A stretch of DNA of 57,627 nt from Cellvibrionales bacterium UBA1963 (lineage in GTDB: Bacteria > Pseudomonadota > Gammaproteobacteria > Pseudomonadales > UBA7434): contig DDED01000177.1 in the NCBI GenBank assembly GCA_002336035.1, forward strand, positions 1-57,627. The letters are read 5' to 3'. The notes under the pieces were generated by a model. The model did no database searches. It had not been told where the DNA came from and saw only the letters and a program-made list of their open reading frames with translations. Below are positions 39,330 to 49,433 of the stretch, piece by piece. The number at the start of each line of letters is the position of its first letter. Position 1 is the stretch's first letter. The translations under genes were made by a program, and so were the position numbers.

Positions 39330-40574
39330 TTAAAGCCCAAACTTGGTTGTGTATTCTGAAAATCTTACCCGCTCACCGGCCTCGGTTAATTCGTAATCAG
39401 CCAGCGTATATTCATGCTTGCCGTGTTTTCCTCTGGGGCTTTCATCAAGATACTGCTGCATTAATTCACGCATATTATCAGGCGCCTGAAGACCAAACTT
39501 ATCGTAAATACCCAGTACTGTTTCAAATGGATGCTTACAAATATCATCAAAATAAATATCATGAAACTGATCTTTATGTGCATCAAGTAAGGCCCTGTCT
39601 CGCATACCTAATTGCAATAATTGATTCCAACTAGTGGCTTGTTCTTCACCAACTAGGCCCGGCACATGTGCTTTGTCAGTAAACATGCCTGACAAGGTCC
39701 AAACAAAACTACAAACAGAGCCAATCACATCAATAGGATTGCGGTGGGTAAACACAATTTGAGCGTCAGGAAATAATTCAAAAATACCAGGTAACGAACT
39801 TAAGTGCCCCGGCGTTTTTAATAGCCAACGGTTAATCGGCCGATGGGCCGGCTCTGTTGCTTGCATCATTTGTAAAAATCGCTTATGAAAACGTAACGCT
39901 GGCTTGGGGTCAGCTTGCATTAACCACTTACGATAGCTTGGAACATACCAAGTTAAGGTAAGGGTAATGCCGTACATCATCTGATGCATATTAGCGACAC
40001 ACTCTTGCGGCATTGTCGCATCCATTTTATGAATAGCATCAAAGCCAGGGGCCATTTTGTACTGCATTTCAAGCTGCTTAGCCATTACTTCAATGCGAGG
40101 ATCATCATCGTAATTATTGGGTTCAGGTCGCGGCAAAGGCGAGTTCACTTCCCAAAATAATGGCGATCGATTACCGGGGTCAGCACCCATTAAACCGTGC
40201 ATTGCTGACGTTCCCGTTCGAGGCAAACCAACAATGAAAATAGGCTTATCAATTTTTTGCTCGGCTTCTTTCGGATGACGTTCAAACCAATCATTTAATT
40301 TTACATAATTGCTTATTAAATTCGTTAGCATGCCACGAGCACCCAGTCGCCCAACCGTATTTAATTTAGCTTCGGTGTTAAGCGCATGAAGTAAAACCTC
40401 TAATCCTCCGGCATCCCAACCCTGCGATGGTCTTTTTAGACCTGTTTCTTTTTCTACTCGCTGAAAAATATCATCTGCGGTTAATGATGGCTGAATCCCC
40501 ACTTTAGCAAGTACAGAACCCACGCCATTAATAAATTTAATGGGTAAGGGGCGGTATGGAATATTTCGACTCAT
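39330..40574 (-). CDS. PAPS-type sulfotransferase (Sulfotransfer_3 / Stf-like)
   Basis: 5'-PSB motif VGLPRTGTSAMH and THRNPIDVIGS. ATG 40574 (MSRNIPYRPLP) is preferred. The ORF-track start 40682 would overlap the upstream gene by 56 nt. Confidence 0.82.
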   Translation of the reverse strand: MSRNIPYRPLPIKFINGVGSVLAKVGIQPSLTADDIFQRVEKETGLKRPSQGWDAGGLEVLLHALNTEAKLNTVGRLGARGMLTNLISNYVKLNDWFERHPKEAEQKIDKPIFIVGLPRTGTSAMHGLMGADPGNRSPLFWEVNSPLPRPEPNNYDDDPRIEVMAKQLEMQYKMAPGFDAIHKMDATMPQECVANMHQMMYGITLTLTWYVPSYRKWLMQADPKPALRFHKRFLQMMQATEPAHRPINRWLLKTPGHLSSLPGIFELFPDAQIVFTHRNPIDVIGSVCSFVWTLSGMFTDKAHVPGLVGEEQATSWNQLLQLGMRDRALLDAHKDQFHDIYFDDICKHPFETVLGIYDKFGLQAPDNMRELMQQYLDESPRGKHGKHEYTLADYELTEAGERVRFSEYTTKFGL

Positions 40575-40626
40575 AGGGCAGTTATTCTCAATCTCCAGCA
40601 AAGATTCATTGCTGCATAAGGGGTTA

Positions 40627-42231
40627 TTATTTAGGAATAGCGACCTGAAGACCACCAACCGGCATTGTCTGTTGCATACCATCAGGTAAAAACCAATTCA
40701 CAATGGGAGCTAACGGCTTGAAACCAGATGACATCGCAGCACCTAACGGACTTAATATAGTGCCGTTTGCCATAACCGGTGTGGTATTCGATGAATCATC
40801 TGGCATGCTGACTACATTCCTAAAAGCCACGCCCGTCTCTTTATTAAAAGCAACTAAATAATTAGCAACTGGCACAACAATTGTTCGCCCAACCCAGAAC
40901 TTATATCCATAGGCAACTGGCACTACAATTGCATCTTCAGTGACCGTTGGAATGCCATTACCGCTAGCTTGAGGCGCCCCTAATATAAATCCCGATGGCA
41001 GTGTTTCACTGGCTAATTGATCGGCATTAGAAGACCACTTAACCTTACCAGTATCACCGTGAATAGCCATCATGGTGGGATTAGGATAAGCTTGCAAAAC
41101 AATGACGGTACCCTCTAAGTCAACAACCGCTGAACCTGCGGTGGCGGCTGTCTTCGCACGCCAAACAATATCGCCTGTCGCGGCATCAATACTGTATAAA
41201 TACCCCTCTTCATCACTGACGTAAACAAAGTTATCATCATTTGAGGTGGCAGGACTAGAACCACTGCCAATACCAAAATCTGTAGCAAATGCTATTTCGA
41301 TCACGATACCCTGCTCGGTGGTAATTAAATCTAAGCCGTAAAGGCGACCTAAACTTGGCTCTGTTGAGGTGGCTGCTACAAATACTCGACCCGTTTTTTG
41401 ACTGACAGCAGGCGTATTCATTGAACGCATCGAACCGCCAAACAGCAGCTGCCAACTCCATTCCCGAATACGCGGATCAAGCATACCATCTCCCCATAGG
41501 CTATCAGGCTGTTTAACCACTTCTGAGTACGGTGACAATAAACCTGGCAAGCGCATCGGTTGATTTAATACGCGACCATCGTCTCGGCCCCAAATGACAA
41601 CATCACCAAAATTAGTCACGCCTAGCACGTGGCCTTCAACCGTAAAAACTGGCGTCGTTAACGCATTAATGGGCAATTCAGGATCAGGCTGCCAATCACC
41701 CGCCCCCGCTAACGGTAATGGCACAGTCCACTTTGAAGAACCATCGGAATGAAACGCGAACATTTGATTGCAATCACCCAGATAAAGATCGCCCTCAGCA
41801 TCGACAATGACATTGGATAGAACCGCACAAGGGTCAACGCCATTTTCAGCATCTGACCACGGCTCCGCTTGCCAGAGTAGCTCACCCTCTATGGAAAAAG
41901 CATGCAGATTACTTTGGCCTGCAGCAAGACCTGAGGTTTGGTAAAAGCGGCTTTTATCGGGGCTAATAGAAGGAGCAATCAATAACGATACGCCCTCTAA
42001 GGCTGACCAAGTGCGATACTCATCATGCAGGTATGCGCCCCGAGCTTGGTCGCGGTTGCCAGGCCCTTGATGCAAGGTTGACCAACCACCACCAGAGTAT
42101 GCAGGCGCCTCTGCAGAGGCAAGTCCGTTTAAGGGAGTAGCACGTTGAGCATGAGCCGAATAACTCAAGCAACTAAAAGAAAAAAAAGATATCAATAACA
42201 ATTGGTTAAAAATAAACCTGGCAATGCGCAT
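40627..42231 (-). CDS. Secreted PQQ-like / BamB-like beta-propeller repeat protein
   Basis: Signal peptide, then repeated ...G.l.W... blades (EGELLWQAEP, DGSSKWTVPL, TGDIVWRAKT, TGKVKWSSN). Confidence 0.7.
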   Translation of the reverse strand: MRIARFIFNQLLLISFFSFSCLSYSAHAQRATPLNGLASAEAPAYSGGGWSTLHQGPGNRDQARGAYLHDEYRTWSALEGVSLLIAPSISPDKSRFYQTSGLAAGQSNLHAFSIEGELLWQAEPWSDAENGVDPCAVLSNVIVDAEGDLYLGDCNQMFAFHSDGSSKWTVPLPLAGAGDWQPDPELPINALTTPVFTVEGHVLGVTNFGDVVIWGRDDGRVLNQPMRLPGLLSPYSEVVKQPDSLWGDGMLDPRIREWSWQLLFGGSMRSMNTPAVSQKTGRVFVAATSTEPSLGRLYGLDLITTEQGIVIEIAFATDFGIGSGSSPATSNDDNFVYVSDEEGYLYSIDAATGDIVWRAKTAATAGSAVVDLEGTVIVLQAYPNPTMMAIHGDTGKVKWSSNADQLASETLPSGFILGAPQASGNGIPTVTEDAIVVPVAYGYKFWVGRTIVVPVANYLVAFNKETGVAFRNVVSMPDDSSNTTPVMANGTILSPLGAAMSSGFKPLAPIVNWFLPDGMQQTMPVGGLQVAIPK

Positions 42232-42413
42232 AGCGAGTTTTGCTCCTTTTGAATCATCTAATAGCCACGCCCAATAAAGGGTCAGTAATCAGTCATAAGC
42301 TGGTTTGCTATAATAGGCGTTATTAACAACAACGGGAGTGACTATTATGCAATATCCACATCAAAATAACGCCCGAGTCATCGCCTAAGAGAATAGTAGC
42401 GACGGTGTCCAAG

Positions 42414-42893
42414 CTACGAAGATACGTTCGCCAAGAAATCCTTAAGCGCCAAACCCGTGCCCATGTCCCAAGGAACAATGTCCTTTTTTTCAATTAATTT
42501 ATAAGCGTCAAGCTCTTCATTTAAAATAATGTCGCCTTCGGCGATGAGATGGTAAGCAATAATCACTTGGTTCATCTGTTCAAAACCATAAGCGCCAACC
42601 AAACTTTGGCTGATAACCGATAGATTTAACTCTTCTTTAGTCTCGCGAACCATCGCTTCAGCAGGATCTTCACCCTGTTCTAAAAAGCCAGTAATCACTG
42701 AAAAATATTCTTTCGGCCAAGCAACATTATGCGCCATAACAATTTTACCCTCAATCTCAACAATGCCCGCCACCACCGGTGTAGGATTTTGCCAATACAC
42801 ATAATCACAGTTTTGCGACTGGCAAGCTAAACGGGAAACACCGTCCATTTCTCGATTAATCATGTCGGCTTTGCATTGAGGGCAATATTTCAT
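42414..42893 (-). CDS. NUDIX hydrolase with an N-terminal zinc ribbon
   Basis: CPQC...CQSQNC ribbon and the Nudix box GFLEQGEDPAEAMVRETKEELNL. Start at ATG 42893 (MKYCPQC). Confidence 0.85.
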   Translation of the reverse strand: MKYCPQCKADMINREMDGVSRLACQSQNCDYVYWQNPTPVVAGIVEIEGKIVMAHNVAWPKEYFSVITGFLEQGEDPAEAMVRETKEELNLSVISQSLVGAYGFEQMNQVIIAYHLIAEGDIILNEELDAYKLIEKKDIVPWDMGTGLALKDFLANVSS

Positions 42894-43051
42894 AGTGATA
42901 CCTGTTGAGAATAAACAAATCAATCAATTAAAGTGAAAAAGTAAGCCATAAGAAGTTGAATGCAAAAAACTGGTTTATTACATTCATCTCATGATAAAAA
43001 AATAATTATAGCCCTATTATGGCTGATAAATAACTGACGAGAACGATCACT

Positions 43052-44038
43052 ATGACCAATAACAATGATATTCGAAATAACACTAAACCCTATGCGATTG
43101 ATCCAGCATATTTAGATTTTCCTGACATGACTTTCAGCACCAATCTGTTAAAGCTAAAATTGACTAATTTATTTATTTTAGCAACACGATTACGTTACAA
43201 GTGGTCGAAAAGCCTCAAAGTACAAACCCATAAAATCGACAGCACTGACGGCCATAAACTCAAGGTTATCGAAATCAGTAAAAAAGGCTTGGCCGATAAC
43301 GCGCCAGCATTAGTCTATTTTCATGGAGGGGCATTTTTTCTTACCTATGCTGGCCTGCATCTGGACAATGCACAAATGTATGCCGAACAAGCCGACTGTA
43401 AAGTTTTTATGGTCGACTACCGACTTTCAACCAAAGCACCGTTTCCAGCCGCTCTAGACGATTCGCAAGCAGCATTAGAGTGGGTCCATGATCATGCCAG
43501 TCAATTAGCGATTGATAAAAATAAAATAGTGGTGATAGGTGACAGTGCTGGTGGCGGCCTCGCGGCCAGTTGCGCACAACTTACTCATGACAAAAATAAA
43601 AATCGCAGCGAAAAAATAAACTTACTTGCTCAATTCTTACTTTATCCAGTTTGTGATTGTGAGACCAAAACGGACAGCGCAACCGCCTTTGAAGATACCC
43701 CGTTATGGACCACTAACAATAATAAAGTTATGTGGGATGTTTATTTACGGGGCAGTGACTTCAAAAAAGGAAACGAACATATTCCAGCTTATGCCTCACC
43801 GATTCATCGTGATGATTTGACTGGTTTAGCGCCGGCTTATGTAGAACCGACTGAATTTGATCCATTAAGGGACGAGGCGATTGATTATGCGAACGCGTTG
43901 CAGGCAGCGGGCGTTGAAGTCACCTTAGTCGAAGCAAAAGGTGCTGTTCATGGCTACGAATTTGTCGACTGTGACACAACCACTAAGTATCGAAAAATAC
44001 GAATGGATGCATTAAATAAAGTTTTAGGCAACACATGA
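43052..44038 (+). CDS. Alpha/beta-hydrolase, HSL-family (family IV) esterase
   Basis: HGGAFF oxyanion box, GDSAGG nucleophile elbow, and DPLRDE / HGY. Confidence 0.9.
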   Translation: MTNNNDIRNNTKPYAIDPAYLDFPDMTFSTNLLKLKLTNLFILATRLRYKWSKSLKVQTHKIDSTDGHKLKVIEISKKGLADNAPALVYFHGGAFFLTYAGLHLDNAQMYAEQADCKVFMVDYRLSTKAPFPAALDDSQAALEWVHDHASQLAIDKNKIVVIGDSAGGGLAASCAQLTHDKNKNRSEKINLLAQFLLYPVCDCETKTDSATAFEDTPLWTTNNNKVMWDVYLRGSDFKKGNEHIPAYASPIHRDDLTGLAPAYVEPTEFDPLRDEAIDYANALQAAGVEVTLVEAKGAVHGYEFVDCDTTTKYRKIRMDALNKVLGNT

Positions 44039-44063
44039 ATATAATATAAATAGCGAGGTCACT

Positions 44064-44930
44064 ATGACAGATTGGAACAAAAAAATAGCCGTTGTCACTG
44101 GCGCTGGCAGCGGAATTGGGGCCGCGCTGGCTCAGCATTGTGCAGCCCAGGGAATGTTAGTTATTGCTGCTGATATCGATCAAAAAGGCCTGCTCAGTAC
44201 TCAAAAAAGTTCAGCCAACCCAGAACGAATCGAAATTTATCCGCTTGATGTCAGAAAGGAAGATGCAGTAGAAGACCTGGCGCTTCACTGCTTCACCAAG
44301 CACGGTGAGGTTAATTTATTATTCAATAATGCCGGCGTATTAATCGACGGTAAAAGCTGGGAGCGTTCAATAAAAGACTGGCGCTGGAACTTTGACGTGA
44401 ATGTAATGGGAGTAGTCAACGGTATTCATAGTTTTATACCCAAAATGTTACTGCAAAAAAGCCCTGGAAAAATCATCAATACTGCCTCAATTGGCGGACT
44501 GTTAGGCGGTGGCACCTATATGGCGCCTTATCAAGGAACCAAGCATGCCGTAGTCGCCATCACTGAATCCCTGCATGCGGAGCTTCAATTAGAACAAGCG
44601 CCAATAAGCGCTGCCTGTCTTTGTCCTGGTGATACAGCCACAGGGATATGGGAGTCTGATCGACTACGACCCAGCGAAGAACACAACCAACTTGCCTCGG
44701 AGGCTGAGCAACAAATGCATAATGCCGTGGCAGGTATGTGCGCCAATGGTTTTACGCCAGCGCAAGTCGCCAGCAAAACATTTGATGCCATGAGTAAGGA
44801 TCAATTCTGGATTTTTCCGCAAGGCGAATTCAAGCCCATGCTAAAATTACGTATTGAAGCGATAATGCAAGAAAAAGCTCCTCCTTCCGCAGACGAATTA
44901 TTGGCACTCATGCTCAATAGTACTATTTAA
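44064..44930 (+). CDS. Short-chain dehydrogenase/reductase
   Basis: TGAGSGIGAALA, NNAG and YQGTKHA. Confidence 0.88.
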   Translation: MTDWNKKIAVVTGAGSGIGAALAQHCAAQGMLVIAADIDQKGLLSTQKSSANPERIEIYPLDVRKEDAVEDLALHCFTKHGEVNLLFNNAGVLIDGKSWERSIKDWRWNFDVNVMGVVNGIHSFIPKMLLQKSPGKIINTASIGGLLGGGTYMAPYQGTKHAVVAITESLHAELQLEQAPISAACLCPGDTATGIWESDRLRPSEEHNQLASEAEQQMHNAVAGMCANGFTPAQVASKTFDAMSKDQFWIFPQGEFKPMLKLRIEAIMQEKAPPSADELLALMLNSTI

Positions 44931-44946
44931 TTGACAGGACTTAATC

Positions 44947-46884
44947 GTGAATAAAAAAAACCGCTACCCCTCTTTCAATGACGACGAGGCCGTGATTATT
45001 GAAGCATTAAATGCTGCAAGTGTTCCTGCACTCATGTCAGCGATGATGCTTATTGATGGTGATTTTTCTCGACTGAATGGCATCATCAAGCCGGGCCAAG
45101 GTATGCTTGGCGAGGTCCAAGGCTTTATGCCTATAGACGATCAAAATGCTATAAGAGCTGAAGCACTTGAGGTCATAAAAAGCTATCAGAAAAATGACTT
45201 TTCACTGCCTGAATTACCCAATGATGAAATGCTTTATCAACTTATGTGCTTCACCGCAGGACAAGAATTACCAATAGATTCTAGCAAGATGATGCTTGAA
45301 GAGCTGGCGTTAGAAAAAACGGATCCTCGTGAATTTATTTTGGATCCGCAATTAAGATCATCGCTAAGCGAATACACTGTAGTGGTCATCGGTGGTGGGA
45401 TGTCAGGTATTTTAGCAGCGATTCGCCTTCAGCAAAATAATATTCCTTATATTTTGCTTGAAAAGAATGCTGACAAAGGTGGGACCTGGTATGAAAACTC
45501 TTACCCAGGCGCACGTGTCGATATTCCCGCCCAGATTTATTGCTATAGTTTTGAGCCGAGCAACAACTGGCGGCAGTTTTACCCACAACAAAAAGAATTG
45601 AAATCTTATTTTGATCATTGTGTAGAAAAATATCATTTGCAATCGTCAATACGATTTAACACTGAAGCAACGTCAATTAACTGGCTCGAACATCAAAATC
45701 GCTGGCAAATTACGACTACAAATCATCTCGACGGTAAGCAAACAACACTGCTTGCTAATAGCGTTATTTCAGCTGTCGGCCAGCTAAACCGACCACAAAT
45801 ACCTGACATAAAAGGTGCCGATAATTTCAATGGCGCACAATTCCATAGCGCACAATTTCAGCATCAACTCGACTTTAAAGAAAAAACTGTTGCAGTCATC
45901 GGAAGCGGTGCAAGCGCTTTTCAGTTAGCACCTGAAATGGCCAAGCTAGCAAAAAATATGAAAGTGTTTCAACGCTCGCCTGCATGGATGTTTCCAAACC
46001 CTGGCTACCATGATGATATTGACCAAGCAACTCGATGGCTTTTAGCCAACATTCCCTACTATGACCGGTTTTACCGATTTCTATTATTTTGGGTCTCAGC
46101 AGACGCACTTCTGCCAACATTAATAAGAGATGATTCTTGGCCAGATCAAGATCGATCAATTAATGCCGCCAATGATATGTACCGTGAACACGCTACACAA
46201 TGGATAGAAAGTCAAATTAATGACCCTGAACTACTCGCTAAAGTTGTGCCTAGCTACCCTCCCTTTGTAAAACGCATCTTGCAAGATAATGGCAGTTGGT
46301 TAGAAGCCTTACAGCAACCGCATGTTGAATTAATAACCGACAGCATTGAATCAATAGATGCCACCGGTATTCATTATCGATCCAGTTCTACAGCACAACA
46401 TGTTGACGTTGATGTCATCATTTACGCCACTGGCTTTCATGCCAATAAATGGCTTTATCCGATGGCAATTACTGGTCGAAACAATCAATTATTAAGTGAC
46501 GTATGGGGCGACGATCCAAAAGCCTATTTAGGCATCACCGTACCTGATTTTCCTAATTTTTATTGCATGTATGGACCCAATACTAATCTTGCACATGCCG
46601 GCACTCTATTTTTCAATTCTGAATGCCAGATTCGCTATATTTTAAAATGCATTGAACTTCAGCTAATGGCGAAAGCAAACACAATTGAAATAAAAGCCGA
46701 CGTCAATAAAGAATATAATCAACGCGTTCAAGCCGAGTTCGCCAAAACTGTTTGGGTGCATAAAGGCACCGACAGCTGGTATAAAAACTCACAAGGTAAT
46801 ATCACGACCAATACGCCTTGGCGTCTTGCTGATTACTGGCAATGGACATTAGCACCTGATGCAAAACAATTTAATATCCAGTAA
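44947..46884 (+). CDS. Type I Baeyer-Villiger / class B flavoprotein monooxygenase with an N-terminal extension of about 150 aa
   Basis: GGGMSG and GSGASA dinucleotide folds. GGTWYENSYPGARVD matches the long BVMO fingerprint. FNGAQFHSAQF and ATGF are also present. GTG start with AGGA 7 nt upstream. Confidence 0.88.
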   Translation: MNKKNRYPSFNDDEAVIIEALNAASVPALMSAMMLIDGDFSRLNGIIKPGQGMLGEVQGFMPIDDQNAIRAEALEVIKSYQKNDFSLPELPNDEMLYQLMCFTAGQELPIDSSKMMLEELALEKTDPREFILDPQLRSSLSEYTVVVIGGGMSGILAAIRLQQNNIPYILLEKNADKGGTWYENSYPGARVDIPAQIYCYSFEPSNNWRQFYPQQKELKSYFDHCVEKYHLQSSIRFNTEATSINWLEHQNRWQITTTNHLDGKQTTLLANSVISAVGQLNRPQIPDIKGADNFNGAQFHSAQFQHQLDFKEKTVAVIGSGASAFQLAPEMAKLAKNMKVFQRSPAWMFPNPGYHDDIDQATRWLLANIPYYDRFYRFLLFWVSADALLPTLIRDDSWPDQDRSINAANDMYREHATQWIESQINDPELLAKVVPSYPPFVKRILQDNGSWLEALQQPHVELITDSIESIDATGIHYRSSSTAQHVDVDVIIYATGFHANKWLYPMAITGRNNQLLSDVWGDDPKAYLGITVPDFPNFYCMYGPNTNLAHAGTLFFNSECQIRYILKCIELQLMAKANTIEIKADVNKEYNQRVQAEFAKTVWVHKGTDSWYKNSQGNITTNTPWRLADYWQWTLAPDAKQFNIQ

Positions 46885-46929
46885 TAGGAATGTCGAAAAG
46901 GAATCACTGATCACCAAAGGAATAAAAAG

Positions 46930-47718
46930 ATGAGCGTAATGTTAAATCAGCGATTAATGGGGAAAACAGCGATTATCACCGGTGGGGCTGGCGGTATCGG
47001 TAAGGCGACGGCCGCTCGACTCATTGATGAAGGTGCACAAGTCGTTATTACTGATATTAATCTCGAGACCGGCAACGCCGCCGCCGCCGCGTTAGGTGAC
47101 CAAGCGCTATTTATTCAACATGATGTCACCTGCCCAGAACAGTGGCAGAAAGTGATTAATCAAACAATCGCCACTTATGGCAACTTACATATTTTGGTTA
47201 ATAATGCGGGCGTCTGTTTTTTTAACGGCCTCCTGGATTACTCTTTAGACGACATTCAAACCATCTTAAATATTAATTTAGTTTCAGTGATGCTGGGCAC
47301 ACAAGCCGCCGCACCTTTTATCTCAAAGGCAGGAGGCGGTGCTATTGTCAACATGTCGTCGTCAGAGGGACTGTCTTCAGTTAACGGGCTTTCCGCTTAT
47401 ATCGCCTCAAAGTGGGCGGTAAGAGGCTACACTAAGGCCTCAGCGATGGAGCTTGGCCCACTAGGTATTCGGGTTAATTCAGTCCATCCTGGCGGCGTCA
47501 ATACGCCAATGGCTAATCCAACCGCAATGGGTAAAGCTGATTTTGATAAGCCCTATCAACAATACCCTGCACAACAAGGCGCAGAACCTGAAAACATCGC
47601 AAGCGTGGTTGCATTTTTAGCAAGTGAAGATGCGGCTCATTGCATGGGTGCAGAAATCGCGGTTGATGGTGGCATGACAACGGGCAAATACATCGACTTT
47701 TTGCCCGGTGCACCATAA
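46930..47718 (+). CDS. Short-chain dehydrogenase/reductase (hydroxysteroid-dehydrogenase-like)
   Basis: TGGAGGIGKATA, NNAG and YIASKWA. Confidence 0.88.
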   Translation: MSVMLNQRLMGKTAIITGGAGGIGKATAARLIDEGAQVVITDINLETGNAAAAALGDQALFIQHDVTCPEQWQKVINQTIATYGNLHILVNNAGVCFFNGLLDYSLDDIQTILNINLVSVMLGTQAAAPFISKAGGGAIVNMSSSEGLSSVNGLSAYIASKWAVRGYTKASAMELGPLGIRVNSVHPGGVNTPMANPTAMGKADFDKPYQQYPAQQGAEPENIASVVAFLASEDAAHCMGAEIAVDGGMTTGKYIDFLPGAP

Positions 47719-47752
47719 CCACAATAAACCGTGCGTTCTCAGCCTTGCAAAA

Positions 47753-48301
47753 CTAAGAGGTAATCAACTCAACTGAATTGCCGAGCCGAATGGTTCCACC
47801 TCGAACAATTTTGGCGCACAAGCCGCCATGACCTATCATGGCGGCAAAACCACCCTCGCCCAGTGCCTCCTCCATTCGCGAGCAAGGGTCACACAGGGCC
47901 GTCGTTTCTAATTCAACGTCACCGATACGCAGTCGCTGATGACGAATTGCCGTTAAGTTGATGCCACTCACCACTAAATTTCTACGGAGCATGGCGGGCG
48001 TAATGGCGGGGTAATCACCAAAAATATCACCTTGTCCAGACTTACGACTCAGCGACATAAAATATTCTATTTGAGCAATATACTCCTCACTAATAATTGT
48101 CACTTGTCTGGCGGAACCCAAGCTACCTCGGCAGCGACGATCGCCGTCTAAGCCCAAGCCCTTAATGGCTTGGACATGCTCGACTTCATGCATTTGCTTT
48201 TTTCTGGCTGGCCTCAGACCAATCCAGGTGAGCTGACCGGCAGGCAAACTTTGCGTATAACGACGCAACAATTGATAGTTGCTATTCATGGTTAAGATCA
48301 T
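47753..48301 (-). CDS. MOSC-domain protein
   Basis: Conserved ...TALCDPCSRME... cysteine region. 16 bp downstream of purC. Confidence 0.75.
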   Translation of the reverse strand: MILTMNSNYQLLRRYTQSLPAGQLTWIGLRPARKKQMHEVEHVQAIKGLGLDGDRRCRGSLGSARQVTIISEEYIAQIEYFMSLSRKSGQGDIFGDYPAITPAMLRRNLVVSGINLTAIRHQRLRIGDVELETTALCDPCSRMEEALGEGGFAAMIGHGGLCAKIVRGGTIRLGNSVELITS

Positions 48302-48317
48302 CTAACATTATTTTTAA

Positions 48318-49433
48318 TTATCGAATTAAGCCGTATTGCTCGTTTAATACATCAAGAATTTCAGCTTGAGGGTTATCTGATTGTGGCAAGGTACGACCTA
48401 TAATTTTTTCTGCCAATTCTACATAAGTCGAAGAAACGGTCATCAACACTTCTTCAGGAAGTTCATTATCACGAGCTAGTGCTGCGCGTTCATCCATTCG
48501 ATCTTTATTTAATAGAATATCTGAATCAGGGAAATGATTCAGCAACAGCTGCCGAAAGGCTTCTTTTGAGTTCTCAACCACATGCCCTTGTCGAAACTGT
48601 TCGCCATCCCACATTCGTGAGGAATCAGGTGTACCCACCTCGTCCATGTATATGAGTTTATCATTACCTTGAGCATCGTTGACATAACCGAACTCGAATT
48701 TAGTATCGACAAAGATTTGGTCTACCTTTTTTAAGGCGGTACTTATTACTTCAAAACCTTCACGTAATAACGTTTCGTAATGATCAATATCACTGGCTTG
48801 TTGAAATTTAAAAGCCGATACATTTTTTTCAATATCGTGGCGTGTAACATTCACATCGTCGACTTCAGGCACCCCAGGAATGCCGTGCAAAATCCCTTTA
48901 GTGGAAGGCGTAATAAGTAACTCTGGTAATTTCTGATCACGAGTGAGTCCTTCAGGCAATTGAATGCCGCAAAAACTGCGCTCGCCCTTGCTATAGGAAC
49001 GCCACATAGACCCTGTGATGTATTGTCGCGCAATTGCCTCTATCATCACGGGGCGAGCTTTTTGGACAATCCATACTAAGGGATGCGGTACTGCCAAAAT
49101 ATGACTATCAGCTAATCCTTGCTCACGAAATAAATTAAACCAATGGTTAGATATTGCATTTAACGAAGCACCCTTTCCGGGCACTCCAGCCATACCGCCC
49201 TCGCCTCGCCAAATGCACTCGAACGCTGAGATACGATCACTGATGACCATAACAGCCAACTCTGAATCAGGCGCCACATCATAACCTTCACTAGCGATAA
49301 GTCGCTGACTATTTGCTTGACTTAACCAATAAACAGAGCGAACCTTACCGCTATGAACAGGAAGTTCAGAATGAATAGGTAAATTATTACTAACAGCTAA
49401 AACACGGTCGGCGGCGGAAGATACTTCGCTCAT
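48318..49433 (-). CDS. purC: SAICAR synthetase (long form)
   Basis: [17 protein letters not shown] and FVDTKFEFG motifs. 371 aa, as in the long (Vibrio-type) PurC. Confidence 0.9.
   Translation of the reverse strand: MSEVSSAADRVLAVSNNLPIHSELPVHSGKVRSVYWLSQANSQRLIASEGYDVAPDSELAVMVISDRISAFECIWRGEGGMAGVPGKGASLNAISNHWFNLFREQGLADSHILAVPHPLVWIVQKARPVMIEAIARQYITGSMWRSYSKGERSFCGIQLPEGLTRDQKLPELLITPSTKGILHGIPGVPEVDDVNVTRHDIEKNVSAFKFQQASDIDHYETLLREGFEVISTALKKVDQIFVDTKFEFGYVNDAQGNDKLIYMDEVGTPDSSRMWDGEQFRQGHVVENSKEAFRQLLLNHFPDSDILLNKDRMDERAALARDNELPEEVLMTVSSTYVELAEKIIGRTLPQSDNPQAEILDVLNEQYGLIR

Noticed and set aside
40575-40682. 36-codon N-terminal extension of the sulfotransferase ORF, with similar 5' extensions in the ORF track for gltD, gltB, pheA, ubiG, NUDIX and the SnoaL-fold gene.
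   Set aside because: The extensions overlap upstream genes or start at TTG or GTG. Internal ATGs match the family N-termini better, and for gltD and gltB they also have clear RBS sequences.
42347-42388. 13-codon mini-ORF MQYPHQNNARVIA with GGGAG upstream, between the beta-propeller and NUDIX genes.
   Set aside because: It is too short and has no resemblance to PqqA or other known precursor or leader peptides. It is oriented against both neighbours and is probably chance.
48318-49433. The unusually long PurC (371 aa against about 237 aa in E. coli) as a possible fusion.
   Set aside because: Long-form PurC of this size is normal in several marine gammaproteobacteria such as Vibrio, as far as I recall.
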